The notes: generated by a model not told the origin, from the sequence alone. A stretch of 64,000 bases of DNA from Squalus acanthias (GCA_030390025.1 CM059433.1:12774001-12838000), one strand, 5' to 3'. Positions 37,215 to 50,361 are shown, counted from the stretch's first letter. Numbers and translations are program-made.

Positions 37215-37980
37215 AAATTCACAACACAGAAGGAAACCTTACAGCCCATTGTGTCTGTGCAATGTGCAAAGCACCTCTTTGCTCGAGCAATCCAAAACTA
37301 ATCCCACTGCCCTGTTCGCTCCCCATATCCCTGTATTTCCCTCTGCTTCAAACGTCTACTTACACTTCCCTTCAAAGATGCAATGGTCTCTGCCACCCTT
37401 GCCTTCCTATCTTTGTGACAGTTTTAAATTGATGGCCCCTCACAACCGACTCCCCAGCCAGAGGAAACAGTCTTTCCCTATCCGTTCTATTAAAACCCTT
37501 CATAATTAAAAACCTCCATTAGTCTTCTCAGTTCCCAGTATCTCAAATCACTCTTCATAACCATAGTTTTTCATTCCTGCTATCGTCCTGGTAACTCCTC
37601 ACTAAACCCTCTTTTTTTTTGCGGGGGGTGGGGGGGGGTTACAAGAGTGAATTTCTGTAATAAGCTTCCTACGAGACAGTTTATCGAATGCTTTCTGTTA
37701 AACCACAACGGCAACATTCCCTTTATCTATCGAATTAGTCACTTCTTGAAAAAACTGAATTAAACACGTCAAATGTGATTTGCCTGTAACAAATCCTTGC
37801 TAGCTGCCCTGATTAACCCATACATTTCTACATGCTCATTAATTTGATATTGAATTGTAGTTTCTAAAAGTTTGCCCTCAACTGACCTTAGCCTAATTGG
37901 TCCATGGTTACCTGGTTATTACTTCTGCCTTCTTGAATAGATGTGTCACATTGGCTACCTTTCAGTCGCCTGGCACTATT
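37215..37980 (-). mobile_element. Old, highly decayed CR1 fragments
   Basis: Resembles a CR1 3' end (37215-37590) and RT segments (TCACTTCTTGAAAAAACTGAAT..., CTGACCTTAGCCTAATTGGTC) seen more intact at 31520-31690. Confidence 0.6.
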
Positions 37981-39243
37981 TGTAGAAGCTAAGGCATACA
38001 TTTTTAGCATTACAATTTCACAAGAAAGTGGATGCCACTGATACTGCAACTTTGAAAGTTTTTATTCTGCCCACCTCCCCAAAATAGGCACATCAAGATC
38101 CAATTTATACCCGGGTATGTCAAAATGATCAGAAATTGTCACCTTAATCTGTTGAAATCAACCACAGATTAAGGCAGCAATTTCAGATCATTTCCAATAC
38201 AAATGAAATGATTATTTTAGTGGGGCAGGGTTAGAGGCTGGAAGTTACGGCACAGACCAGACACAGAAGACTAAATTTCAGTACAACAAAATTAAGTGCA
38301 ATTGGGAAGGGGGCCGAGCAGGCGGCAGTAACGGTCTCCTGCTCCTCCCGGCTCCGCATTAAAGCATTTTTTTTTCAATAGCTTTTTGGTGGCGAACCTC
38401 CAGCCATCCCTATCAGGACAGCTGGTTAGGCCCCGCGCAGACCTGGTTATCCTGAACCCAGCAGAACCGGCACTGCCAGCTCAATTTCGGGAAGAGGGCC
38501 TCGGACAGGTATGAGGACCCTTGCTTGCATAAGCAAAGGGAAACTGGGAGCCCGATTTGAAATTCACTGCTGCTGCACGGATTCCCTGGGAGTCGGGAAA
38601 CTCGGCACTGAAACTGAAACTGGAGCTGCCAGATCCACAATGCAATTCCGCACTCCTTGTGGGCCAGAGGAGCAGGAGTGCTGGACCCTGGACCCTCAAG
38701 GAAGCCTTCGGCCTCCCCCAGTCCTGATCGCAGGTCTCCTCCCCCCCCAAAATCCCAATTGCCGACCTTCCCCAACCCCAAGAATCCCCCCCGCCCCCCC
38801 AGCCCTCCCAGTCGCGGGTCACTTCCTCCCTCCCAATTGCCAGGGACCATTCTCAAGTGTCCCCCGGCTGCAGCCTCCTGTCACTGGCGTTCCCACCCGC
38901 CTGCTGGCCAGGCTGCCCACTTGGCCGGCATCCGGGCGGGAGACGGACCTACAAAATGTTAATGCCTCCGCATCCCCGGCCTGTGCCGGATTCTTTGGCC
39001 ATTTTCGGGCTCCCCCACACCCTCCCCGCTACCACGTAAATATCGGGGCCTCTGTCTCGGTGTATGGCTGTCACTTTTGTTCATTGTGGTGTCTGTCACG
39101 GTTTGTGTCTGACACCTTTGATCATTCTTTATCCATCACTCTTTCTATAAGTCTCTCCTTTATCTGTCTCTCAGTGCCTCTATATGGCACTCACACATGT
39201 TGCTTTACTGAATTTACTCAATTTATACGTCTTACCACGTTAA

Positions 39244-39563
39244 ACCCTCTGAGATCTCTGCGCTCCTCCAATTCTGGCCTCTTGCGCATCCCCGATTTTA
39301 ATCGCTCCACCATTGGTGGCCGTGCCTTCCGTTGCCTGGGCCCTAAGCTCTGGAATTCCTTCCCTAAACCTCTCCATCTCTCTACCTCTCTCTCATCCTT
39401 TAAGACGCTCCTTAACACATACTTCTTTGACCAAGCTTTTGGTCATCTGTCCTAATATCTCCTTGTGTGGCTTGGTGTCAAATTTTGTTTGATAATCGCT
39501 CCTGTGCAGCGCCTTGGGACGTTTTACTACGTTAAAGGCGCTATATAAATGCAAGTTGCTGTT
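39244..39563 (+). mobile_element. L2-clade LINE 3' fragment
   Basis: PLRSLRSS..GGRAF..LGPKLWNSFP..FKTLL, with tail GGCGCTATATAAATGCAAGTTGCTGTTG. Homologous to 56812-57150. Confidence 0.88.
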
Positions 39564-40394
39564 GGTACACAAAAAGATAGCAGCCAACATGTAATGGAAT
39601 CAGATTGGGTCTTGGGAACTCCAACTCTGGCTGAGAACAGGTTGTGTAGTAGTTGTTACAACACGAACAGATGAAAGCAAAACATAGTTTTAGCCAGAAG
39701 GGAGTGGGAAAACTGGGACCAGGGGTTAGTGCATGGGTTGGAGTCAGAAGGTGATTGGCAGGGTGTGGCTGGCTTGTGCAATATTTTGCCTTCTGCCTTA
39801 TCTTATTATTTAATAATAATAATAGGTCCAAAGTCTAGTTTCAGCCACTTTAATACTTTATTAATAAATACAAGATTTAGCCTCTGCCCTATCTTATATT
39901 AATACATCAATCATAGTGAATGCATAAGTGTCCGCACTATTTATAAGAGGCTAGTTTGTTGGATGGAACCTTGGATGCCTTTGAGCTTGTGTTTTCAGTT
40001 CCAGGTGCTGTAGACCACTAGTATACCGTAACCTTTATACCTTTGTGAAAACACACCTACTTGTGGTCACAGTGAAATGATGTAACCACAGCATCGTGTA
40101 CTATTCTCTTTGTCTGAAAAATGGTAGAAAGCAGTTTTGTTAAGTCTTGCAGTACATTACTTGGCCAGTCTAAGACAACTCCACTCGACAGTAGGTCCCA
40201 TCTTTTATCTCTTGGTCAAGGTTTCTCTGTTCAGTACTTGACACGATGCTTCTGTATCCATGGTAACCCCGCTTAACAATTCTAAACTTGTATTCTCCTA
40301 AAATCATGTAAGAGTCTATTGTCTACAGGAATAGAGTTAATTACTTCTACACCAGCTGTCTTATCTTGCTCATCTGCAAAGAGATATTTTAGGT

Positions 40395-42191
40395 ACATGC
40401 TGAACCCATTGTCTCTCTCACACACACACTCCAGCACATGCTGAACCCATTGTCTCTCTCACACACACTCCAGCACATGCTGTACCCATTGTCTCTCTCA
40501 CACACACACTCCAGCACATGCTGAACCCATTGTCTCTCTCACACACACACTCCAGCACATGCTGAACCCATTGTCTCTCTCACACACACACTCCAGCACA
40601 TGCTGAACCCATTGTCTCTCTCACACACACACTCCAGCACATGCTGAACCCATTGTCTCTCTCACACACACACTCCAGCACATGCTGAACCCATTGTCTC
40701 TCTCACACACACACTCCAGCACATGCTGAACCCATTGTCTCTCTCACACACACACTCCAGCACATGCTGAACCCATTGTCTCTCTCACACACACACTCCA
40801 GCACATGCTGAACCCATTGTCTCTCTCACACACACACTCCAGCACATGCTGTACCCATTGTCTCTCTCACACACACACTCCAGCACATGCTGTACCCATT
40901 GTCTCTCTCACACACACACTCCAGCACATGCTGTACCCGTTGTCTCTCTCACACACACACTCCAGCACATGCTGAACCCATTGTCTCTCTCACACACACA
41001 CTCCAGCACATGCTGTACCCATTGTCTCTCTCACACACACACTCCAGCACATGCTGAACCCATTGTCTCTCTCACACACACACTCCAGCACATGCTGAAC
41101 CCATTGTCTCTCTCACACACACACTCCAACACATACTGTACCCATTGGGCTGGATTTTGTCTTGGGGTCGGGTTGGGGTCGGGTTACCCACATTTCATGT
41201 TGCCCCCCACCCCGACTCCAGATTAATGTGGATGAATGATGCAATTTTCACTTAATTGGGTAATTGAGTTCAAGCATGTGGGAACCCATGAACCAATTAG
41301 TGGTTTCAGTCTGAAAGTCGCCTCTGATGATGTCATCATTGCAGGTCAGAGATTGACTGCCTGGTCTCAGAGACTGCCTGGCTTTTGCATCCAGGTCCTC
41401 TCACAGCAAAGGCCAGGCAGTTTCTAAAGACATTCAATGCAGCAGCATCAGAGGCGACTTTCAGACCTAATACTACTACATCTCCGTTGTAATAGTGGAC
41501 CTGCAGCTGATAGTCAGCTATCCACTTGTGCTCCCGCCAGGTTTCACTGGCGTGTTTCACATCAAGCGTACTTCATGTCGGAAAAGGGTTAAACTAGCTA
41601 AAACATTTCAAAATGGCATTACAGAGCCACTTTAGGGATAATTAAGAGCGTTAATGGCTTCTCGTGCCTCTTGGAGGTGGGACGGAGTCGGGAATCCCGC
41701 GACCCATTTTGTCAAAATTGCGTGGAGGCGTGTTGGAGTCGGGATGGGGTCGGGACCCCTGAATCTGCTACTTTAACCCCCCACACGCCTCCAAACCTGA
41801 CTCCATGGGTCATTCAAAATCTAGCCCATTGTCTCTCACACACACACTCCAGCACATGCTGTACCCATTGTCTCTCTCACACGCACACTCCAGCACATGC
41901 TGAACCCATTGTCTCTCTCACACACACACTCCAGCACATGCTGTACCCATTGTCTCTCTCACACACACACTCCAACACATGCTGAACCCATTGTCTCTCT
42001 CACACACACACTCCAGCACATGCTGAACCCATTGTCTCTCTCACACACACACTCCAGCACATGCTGAACCCATTGTCTCTCTCACACACACACTCCAGCA
42101 CATGCTGTACCCATTGTCTCTCTCACACACACACTCCAGCACATGCTGAACCCATTGTCTCTCTCACACACACACTCCAACACATGCTGTA
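40395..42191. repeat. 41-bp tandem minisatellite (about 27 units: about 18 + about 9), split by a MITE
   Basis: Unit CATGCTG(A/T)ACCCATTGTCTCTCTCACACACACACTCCAGCA, head-to-tail with no spacers. Confidence 0.97.
41147..41827. mobile_element. Harbinger-type MITE (681 bp) inserted in the minisatellite
   Basis: TIR GGGCTGGATTTTG / CAAAATCTAGCCC (12/13). Perfect TSD ATT derived from the repeat unit. Internal inverted repeat CTGAAAGTCGCCTCTGATG ... CATCAGAGGCGACTTTCAG. Confidence 0.9.
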
Positions 42192-42308
42192 CTCTCTATA
42201 CCAGTTAACCCATGATGCTTTCTGCTCATGTCAAGTTATCCGAACGTAGTCATTTTCTATATTAACCTTAAACCCTAAAGGTTGTGCTCATGCTAGGATT
42301 TGGAAACA

Positions 42309-45300
42309 TTTTTTTTATTCATTCATGGGCTCTGGGCGTCGCTGGCAAGGCCAGCATTTATTGCCCATTCCTAATTGCCCTTGAGAAGGTGGTGATGAGC
42401 CGTCTTCTTGAACCGCTGCAGTCTGTGCAGTGAAGGTACTCCCACAGTGCTGTTAGGGAGGGAGTTCCAGGATTTTGATCCAGCGACAATGGAGGAATGG
42501 CGATATACTTCCAAGTCAGGATGGTGTGTGACTTGGAGGGGAGTTAATGTTTAAGGTGGTGGATGGGGTGCCAATCAAGCGGGCTGCTTTGTCCTGGATG
42601 GTGTCGAGCTTCTTGAGTGTTGTTGGAGCTGCACTCATCCAGGCAAGTGGGGAGTATTCCATCACACTCCTTACTTGTGCCTTGTAGATGGTGGAAAGAC
42701 TTTGGGGAGTCAGGAGGTGAGACACTCGCCGCAGAATACCTAGCCTCTGACCTGCTCTTGTTGCCACAGTATTTATGTGGCTGGTCCAGTTAAGTTTCTG
42801 GTCCATGGTGACCCCCAGGATATTGATGGTGTGGGATTTGGCGATGGTAATGCCGTTGAATGTCAAGGGGTGGTGGTGAGATACTCGCTTGTTGGAGATA
42901 GTCATTGCCTGGCACATGTGTGGCGCGAATGTTACCTGCCACTTATCAGCCCAAGCCTGAATGTCATCCAGGTCTTGCCTCATGTGGACATGGACTGCTT
43001 CATTATCTGAGGAGTTGCGAATGGCACTGAACACTGTGCAGTTATCAGCAAACATCCCCACTTCTGACCTTATGATGGAGGGAAGGTCGTTGATGAAGCA
43101 GCTGAAGATGGTTGGGCCTAGGGCACTGCCCTGAGGAACTCCTGCAGCAATGTCCTGGGGCTGTGATGATTGACCTCCAACCAACACAACCATCTTCTTT
43201 TGTGCTAGGTATGACTCCAGCCAGTGGAGACTTTGCCCGGGATTCCCATTGACTTCAGTTTTACTAGGGCTCCTTGATGCCACACTCGGTCAAATGCTGC
43301 CTTGATGTCAAGGGCAGTCACTCTCACCTCACCTCTGGAATTCAGCTCTTTTGTCCATGTTTCGACCAAGGCTGTAATGAGGTCTGGAGCCTAGTGGTCC
43401 TGGCAAAACCCAAACTGGGCATCAATGAGCTGGTTATTAGTGAGTAAGTGTCGCTTGATAGCACTGTCGACGACATCTTCCATCACTTTGCTGATGATTG
43501 AGAGTAGACTGATCGGGCGGTAATTTGCCAGATTGGATTTGTCCTGCTTTTTGTGGACAGGACTTACCTGGGCAGTTTTCCACATTGTCGGAGAGATGCC
43601 AGTGTTGTAGCTGTACTGGAACAGCTTGGCTAGAGGTGCGGCTAGTTCTGGAGCACAAGTCTTCAGCACGACAGCTGGGATGTTGTCGGGGTCCATAACC
43701 TTTGCTGTATCCAGTGCGCTCAGCCGTTTCTTGATATCACATGGAGTGAATCAAATTGGCTGAAGACGGGCTTCTGTGGTGGTGGGGACCTCAGGAGGAG
43801 GCCGATATGGATCATCCACTCGGCACTTCTGGCTGAAGATGGTTGCAAACGCTTCAGCTTTGTCTTTTGCACTTGCGTGCTGGGCTCCACCATCATTGAG
43901 GATGGGGATATTCATGGAACCTCCTCCTCCCGTTAGTTGTTTAATGGTCCACCACGATTCACGACTGGATGTGGCAGGACTGCAGAGCTTTGATCTGATT
44001 GTGGGATCGCTTAGCTCTGTCTATAGCATGCTGCTTCCGCTATTTAGCATGCTTGTAGTCCTGTGTTGCAGCTTCCCCAGGTTGGCATTGCATTTTTAGG
44101 TACGCCTGGTGCTGCTCCTGGCATGCTCTTCTACACTCCTTATTGAACCAGGGTTGGTCCCCTGGCTTGATGGTAATAGTAGAATGAGGGATATGCTGGG
44201 CCATGAGGTTACAGATTGTGGTGGAATACAATTCTGCTGCTGCTGATGGCCCACAGCGCCTCATGGTGCCCAGTTTTGAGCTGCTAGATCTGTTCTGAAT
44301 CTGTCCCATTTAGCACGGTGGTAGTGCCACACAACACGATGGAGGGTGTCCTCAGTGTGAAGATGGGACTTCGTCTCCACAATGACTGTGCGGTGGTCAC
44401 TGCTACCAATGCTGTCATAGACAGATGCATCTGCAACAGGTAGATTGGTGAGGACGAGGTCAAGTAGGTTTTTCCCTCGTGTTGGTTCTCTCACCACCTG
44501 TCGCAGGCCCAGACTGGCAGCTATGTCCTTCAGGACTCAGCCAGCTTAGTCAGTCGTGGTGCTCCCGAGCCACTCTTGGCGATGGACATTGAAGTTCCCC
44601 ACCCAGAGTACATTCTGTGCCCTTGCTACCCTCAGTGCTTCGTCCAAGTGGTGTTCAACATGGAGGAGTAGTGATTCATCAGCTGAGGGAGGGCGGTAGG
44701 TGGTAATCAGCAGGAGGTTTCCTTGCCCATGCTTGACCTGAAGCCTTGAGACTTCATGGGTCTGGAGTAAATGTTGAGGACTCCCAGGGCCACTCCTTCC
44801 CGACTGTATACCACTGTGCCGCCACCCCTGGTGGGCCTATCCTGCCGGTGGAACAGGACATACCCAGGGATGGTGATGGAGGAGTTTGGGACATTGGCTG
44901 AAAGGTATGATTCTGTGAGTATGATTATGTCAGGTTGTTGCTTGACTAGTCTGTGGGACAGCTCTCCCAATTTTGGCACAAGTCCCCAGATGTTGGTGAG
45001 GAGGACTTTGCAGTGTCGATTGGGCTGTGTGTGCCGTTGTCGTGTCCGTAGCCGGTGCCGAGGTCAATGCCGGGTGGACCGTCCGGTTTTATCCTTATTG
45101 TTTTTTGTAGTGGTTTTTTACAACTGAGTGACTCGCTCGGCCATTTCAGAGGGCAGTTAAGAGTCAACCACATTTTTGTGGGTCTGGAGTCACCTACAGG
45201 CCAGACCAGGTAAGGACGGCAGATTTCCTTCCCTAAAGGACATTAGTAAACCAGATGGGTTTTTACGACAATCCGATAGTTTCATGGTCACCATTAGATA

Positions 45301-45422
45301 CTACTTGTAGCTTGTTATTCCAGATTTATTTAATTAACTGTATTTAAATTCCTGTCTCCGGATCATTAGTCCAGGCCTCTGGATTACTAGTCCAGTAACA
45401 TAACCACTATGCTACCGTTCCC
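42309..45422 (-). mobile_element. Compact (3.1 kb) single-ORF APE-RT LINE (CR1/L2 group) with a tRNA-like 5' head, decayed
   Basis: Minus-strand ORFs: KLGELSHRLVKQQPDIIILTESYL..RQDRPTRGGG (APE), PTRGKNLLDLVLTN..SDH, NYRPISLLS, GVPQGSALGP..MFADNCT (RT). 3' end AATGAATAAAAAAAA. 5' end GGTAGCATAGTGGTTATGTTACTGGACTAGTAATCCAG. Confidence 0.88.
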
Positions 45423-45789
45423 GATACTGGAAGTACTCAGGCTAAAGGCTGGCATTACTTGGAAGATACTGGGGCCTAGCAGCTCTGTAAAGAGGTCGTA
45501 ACCAAGGCGTCCTGGGGATTTCCGGCGCAGGTAAAGATCACTGTAGTCTGGTATCAATGTGAAGGAAGTCTGTGGATTGACAGTACTTGGGGGAGGGCAG
45601 GGTGTTGGGGCCCAGCAGTCGCTGGAATGGAGGCCGTGACCTGGCAGCACTGGCAAAGAGGATGGGATTTGATGAGAGTGGGGGAGAGGATGGGACGTTT
45701 GTCTGGTTTCCCCCTTCTGTGCTGTAGTGAAATAAATAAAGCTGATGGTTTTGTGCAGCTTGACTTTATTTTGGCACCAGAGATTTCAG

Positions 45790-46318
45790 AAATATAGGAA
45801 GGATATAGAGGCACTGGAGAGGGTGCAGAGAAGATTTACAAGGATGATACCAGAAATGAGAGGGTGTACCTATCAGGAAAGGATGAACAGGCTGGGTCTC
45901 TTTTCGCTTGAAAAAAGAAGGCTGAGGGGTGACCTAATAGAGGTCTTAAAAATTATGAAAGGTTTTGATAGAGTGGATACAGAGAGAATGTTTCCACTTG
46001 TGGGGAAGAGCATAACTAGAGGCCATCAATATAAGATAGTCACCAAGAAATCAAATAGGAAGTTCAGAAGAAACTTCTTTACCCAGAGAGTGGTGAGAAT
46101 GTGGAACTCGCTACCACAGGGAGTGGTTGAAGTGAATAATATAGCTGCATTTAAGGGGAGGCTAGACAAGCATATGAGGGGAAAGGGAATAGAGGGTTAT
46201 GCTGATAGATTTAGATGAGGAAAGACAGGAGGAGGCTCGAGTGGAACATAAACGCCGGCATGGACTGGTTGGGCCGAATGGCCTGTTTCTGTGCCGTATA
46301 TCCTATGGAATCCTATGT
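45790..46318 (+). mobile_element. CR1 3' fragment (another subfamily)
   Basis: YRKDIEALERVQRRFTRMIP...RRNFFTQRVVRMWNSLP, with a TCCTATG tail. Confidence 0.9.
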
Positions 46319-47018
46319 AAATAAATAAAGTAGCACTGCACAAACTCCCGACTTTATTTCTGAAAACTTTGCTGCTCAAATAAACAACCAAATAGATAAA
46401 ATCAAGTGACGTTAATTCGACTTTATTTATTGCAGCAGAGTGAGAATTGCCAGGTATAAAAATGGCAGGCCCCTCATTTCCACCGTCTGGAAGCTCAGGC
46501 TGCAGACTGAGATGGAGCCTGCTCAGAGCCCAGGAAACATCAGCAGGAAAACCTATTTAAGCAGCGGGGGACCTCGTAGAACTCGAGCCCCAGGCCTCAG
46601 AGAAAGGGGCAGGCCTGTGCCAAGGAAAGTTGTTCTAGGGATTGCTAAAATAAAATAGGCATGGCTGTTTACTAATTTGTATGAGTATGTTTTAATTTTT
46701 ATGTATTTATTCTGATAATTCTTCAGATAGATATAATCAGTGACTCGAAAATTAACAGGGCCACCAGAAGTAGTTGGACCAAAACCTTTTGAGCAATTTG
46801 GTTGGTTTTGCTTTTGTGGTACTTGCTTGTTCATGACCGGCAGGTTTGGAAAAAAAAACAAACGACTTGACTGGTTGATGTTGTGGTGGTTGCTGGTTGT
46901 TGAATGGTAGCCTTATCACTCAGTCTAGTGAGCAGAAGTGGTTTTTGATCAGTTTTTGTGCAGACGGTTGGATATTTGAACCAATCAGCAGAGATAGCTT
47001 AACAGGTGGTGCAGGATT

Positions 47019-48306
47019 ATAAGAAAATAAGAACATAAGAAATAGGAGCAGGAGTAGGCCATTTGGCCCTTCGAGCCTGCTCTGCCATTCAATAAGATCA
47101 TGGCTGATCTTCTACCTCATCTCCACTTTCCTGAACTATCCCCATATCCCTTGATTCCCTTAATATTCAAAAATCTATCGATCTCTGTCTTAAATATACT
47201 CAACGACTGAGCCTCCACAGCCCTCTGGGGTAGAGAATTCCAAAGATTCACAACCCTTTGAGTGAAGAAATTTCTCCTCATCTCAGTCCTAAATGGCCGA
47301 GCCCTTATTCTGAGACTGTGACCTCTGGTTCTAGACTCCCCAGCCAGGTGGAAACATCCTCCCTGCATCTACCCTGTCAAGACCTGTAAGAATTGTGTAT
47401 GTTTTAATGAGATCACCTCTCATTCTTCTAAACTCTAGGGAATATAGGCCTAGTCTACTCAATCTGTCCTCATAGGACAATCCCCCCATCCCAGGAACCA
47501 GTCTGGTGAACCTTCATTGCACTTCCTCTATGGCAAGTATATCCTTCCTTCGGAAAGTAGACCAAAACTGTACATAATACTCCAGGTGTGGTCTCACCAG
47601 GGCCCGATATAATTGCAGTAAGACGTCTTTACTCTTAGACTCAAATCCTCTTGTAATAAAGGCCAGCATACCATTTGCTTTCCTAATTGCTTGCTGTACC
47701 TGCATGTTAACTTTCAGTGATTCGTGTACAAGGATACCCAGGTCCCTCTGAACACCAACATTTCCCAATCTCTCACCATTTAAAAAATACTCTACTTTTC
47801 TATTTTTCCTACCAAAGTGGATAACTTCACATTTCTCCACATTATATTCCATTTGCCATGTTCTTGCCCACTCACTTAGCCTGTCTATATCCTCTTGAAG
47901 CCTCCTTGCATCCTCCTTGCAACTTACATTCCCACCCAGCTTTGTATCATCAGCAAACTTGGATATATTACATTTGGTCCCCTCATCCAAATCATTGATG
48001 TAGATTGTGAATAGCTGAGGCCCAAGCACTGATCCTTGGGGTACCCCACTAGTTACAGCCTGCCAACCCGAAAATGACCCGTTTATTCCTACTCTCTGTT
48101 TTCTGTCCGTTAACCAATCCTCAGTCCATGCTGGTATATTACTCCTAATCCCATGAGCCCTAATTTTGTTTAATAACCTCTTGTGTGGCACTTTATCGAA
48201 TGCCTTCTAAAAATACAAATACACCACATCCACTGGTTCCCCCTTGTCTATTCTGCTAGTTACAACCTCAAAAAGCTCTAACAGATTTGTCAAACACGAT
48301 TTCCCT
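47019..48306 (-). mobile_element. CR1 LINE 3' part (same subfamily as copies A and B)
   Basis: ORF 47514-48191(-) is RT with GVPQGSVLGP and ISKFADDTK. Near-identical to 8930-10179. Confidence 0.94.
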
Positions 48307-49130
48307 TATTTGCCTAACAGATACACGTCGCCTTTGACCTGTGAGACCTTTGTGAGGTATGGTGATATGGACACGCAAGGGGGTGCAGGATTTTTAATTT
48401 CATAGCTATATGTAGGCTCTTATTAATTACAAGAATGTAGTTTCCCATTTTATATACAAATTAGAAACCTCCAGCGCACTGTATCTTCATTTACCACAGT
48501 GCAAGTCTCAATTTCTAAAATATTCTTCCATATCATGCATTTTTATCTCACATATCCCCTTGAATCCTTCTGTCAATATATTGATGAAGAAAGCAGCTTG
48601 AATTTTGTCACTTGCAAAGTTCAAGATATCTTGCAACATTGTTGCAGTGTTGATCTCGGTGTCCATTCAGAGTAATGAAATGTAAGGTAAATAATCTTAT
48701 TAGCAATCATATATATGCCAGCAATGTTCTTCAAAATCATTAATATTTAATTATCTAATATATAAGCCGTCAGTGCATTTTAAAAAACTAATATATACTA
48801 AATTCACTCCATCATGTAGAAAAAAAACAAACGTCTTTAATTTACATGTTTTGGCATTAATATACTCCAGTCTGAGGTAACCAGCCGGCATAAGGGCTTC
48901 AAAATATTAGAAAATGACAAATTTAAGTTGATTGTTCTGCCCCAACAGTTGTCTCAGTTGCTGTTCAATAACCACCAGCAGTGAGCCTTTATATTTTTTT
49001 TAAAATCTGTCAAAAAGGGAGGGGTAATTATTCTTAATGCATTGTGAATATGTGACATAAGAGCTAACTTTTGTTCATTGTTAGCGCAGTCTGGAAAGAG
49101 CAATTTAACTCCGACCTCTGTGATAACAGT

Positions 49131-49885
49131 GGCCCGTATTTTCCGACGCCTACGGGTGGGTACGATCTGTGTACACACCCGTAGGGACCTCGCCAGTGCC
49201 GGTTTCAGGCATGCGAAGCGCGTGCGCTGAAAACCAGCACTTCCGATCTGTCAGAATCCTCTTGACAGATCCTCCGCCTGCCCTGGAGAAGGGCCTCTGC
49301 GGGGGGAGAGTTCTGCTTCTGCAGAACCTCCGCTCGCTGAAATCCCTTAAAAATCTTACACCTGGTAAAAGCGTGCGTAAGGCCTGCTTTTACCAGCATA
49401 AAAGTTTAAAAAAAGTTTTTTTTTAAAATTTCCACTCATTTATAATTTTAAAATACTTTTTAAAAAAGGTAAGTTTATTTTTAGCCTTGTAAAATACTTT
49501 TAATTTTTTTCAAAAAATTTAATTTTTGTTTAAAATATTTAATTTGATGTAATTTTAACTAATTTTAAAAACGTGAATTAAAAAAAAATATTTTATGTTT
49601 TGTTGTGTTATTTGAGTGATCTCCATTCATACTTTTGACAGGTCTAAGCTGTCAAAAGTGTGAAGGGGGATTCCCTTCTTTGATTGGTTCCCCATGGCCC
49701 ACGTGATCCCAGGGACGCTTGCGAACCGCCTGCGCCCCTGGGATACGTGGGTCCTGCGCATTTCGTAGAGCAGAGGCCCAGGAGCGGAAATGTCCGGACC
49801 TCCGGGGCCCTCAGGTAAGGGCGTAGATTTTTTCCAGATCGGAGGCCTCCGCACGCAGGAAGCCTCCAATCGGAAAATACGGGCC
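49131..49885. mobile_element. Harbinger-type MITE, family M1, copy 2
   Basis: Perfect 16-bp TIR GGCCCGTATTTTCCGA / TCGGAAAATACGGGCC and perfect TSD AGT. Confidence 0.92.
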
Positions 49886-50326
49886 AGTGTGTTATAACTG
49901 ATGCGCAACTAGGTAGCCAATCAAAACTCGGGTGCGGTGTTGGTGTCGAGCCACTCAATAACTAGCAAAAATAGCCACTTAACTGACATAAATAGTGCGG
50001 AGAAGGAACAATCCAGCTGTGAAATGCCATTACTTTGAGTGACCGTGGAGCAAGAACGCAACCGGCACATAGCCTGCTTGGCTGTGTGGCCCTGCAGATG
50101 GTACAGGGGCCTGCAGACATATTATTTTCAATGTGAAAGGTCAATCCACTAATGAGCTGAGGGTCTAGGAGGCATCCGAGGCAATCATGCAGGTGGCGAA
50201 TGTAGGTGTGATTTCCACTAGGTGTTCTTGCTAGTGCTGGCAGGATTCAGGTGAGTGGGGACTGGGAAATTGCATGGCTAATGGGCCATTAATCCAGCTA
50301 ATCCAGCATCTGCTGAACATGCACCC

Positions 50327-50328
<2 letters not shown>

Positions 50329-50361
<33 letters not shown>
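50329..50361. repeat. (TA)n microsatellite
   Basis: Directly visible. Confidence 0.9.

Noticed and set aside
38511..39455. 314-aa ORF
   Set aside because: Chance read-through from GC-rich MITE-like DNA (ending ATATCGGGGCC at 39050) into an L2 3' fragment. No coherent domain.
40395..42191. Regular repeats of about 41 bp as a CRISPR array
   Set aside because: Units are head-to-tail with no unique spacers, there are no cas genes, and the context is vertebrate. It is a minisatellite.
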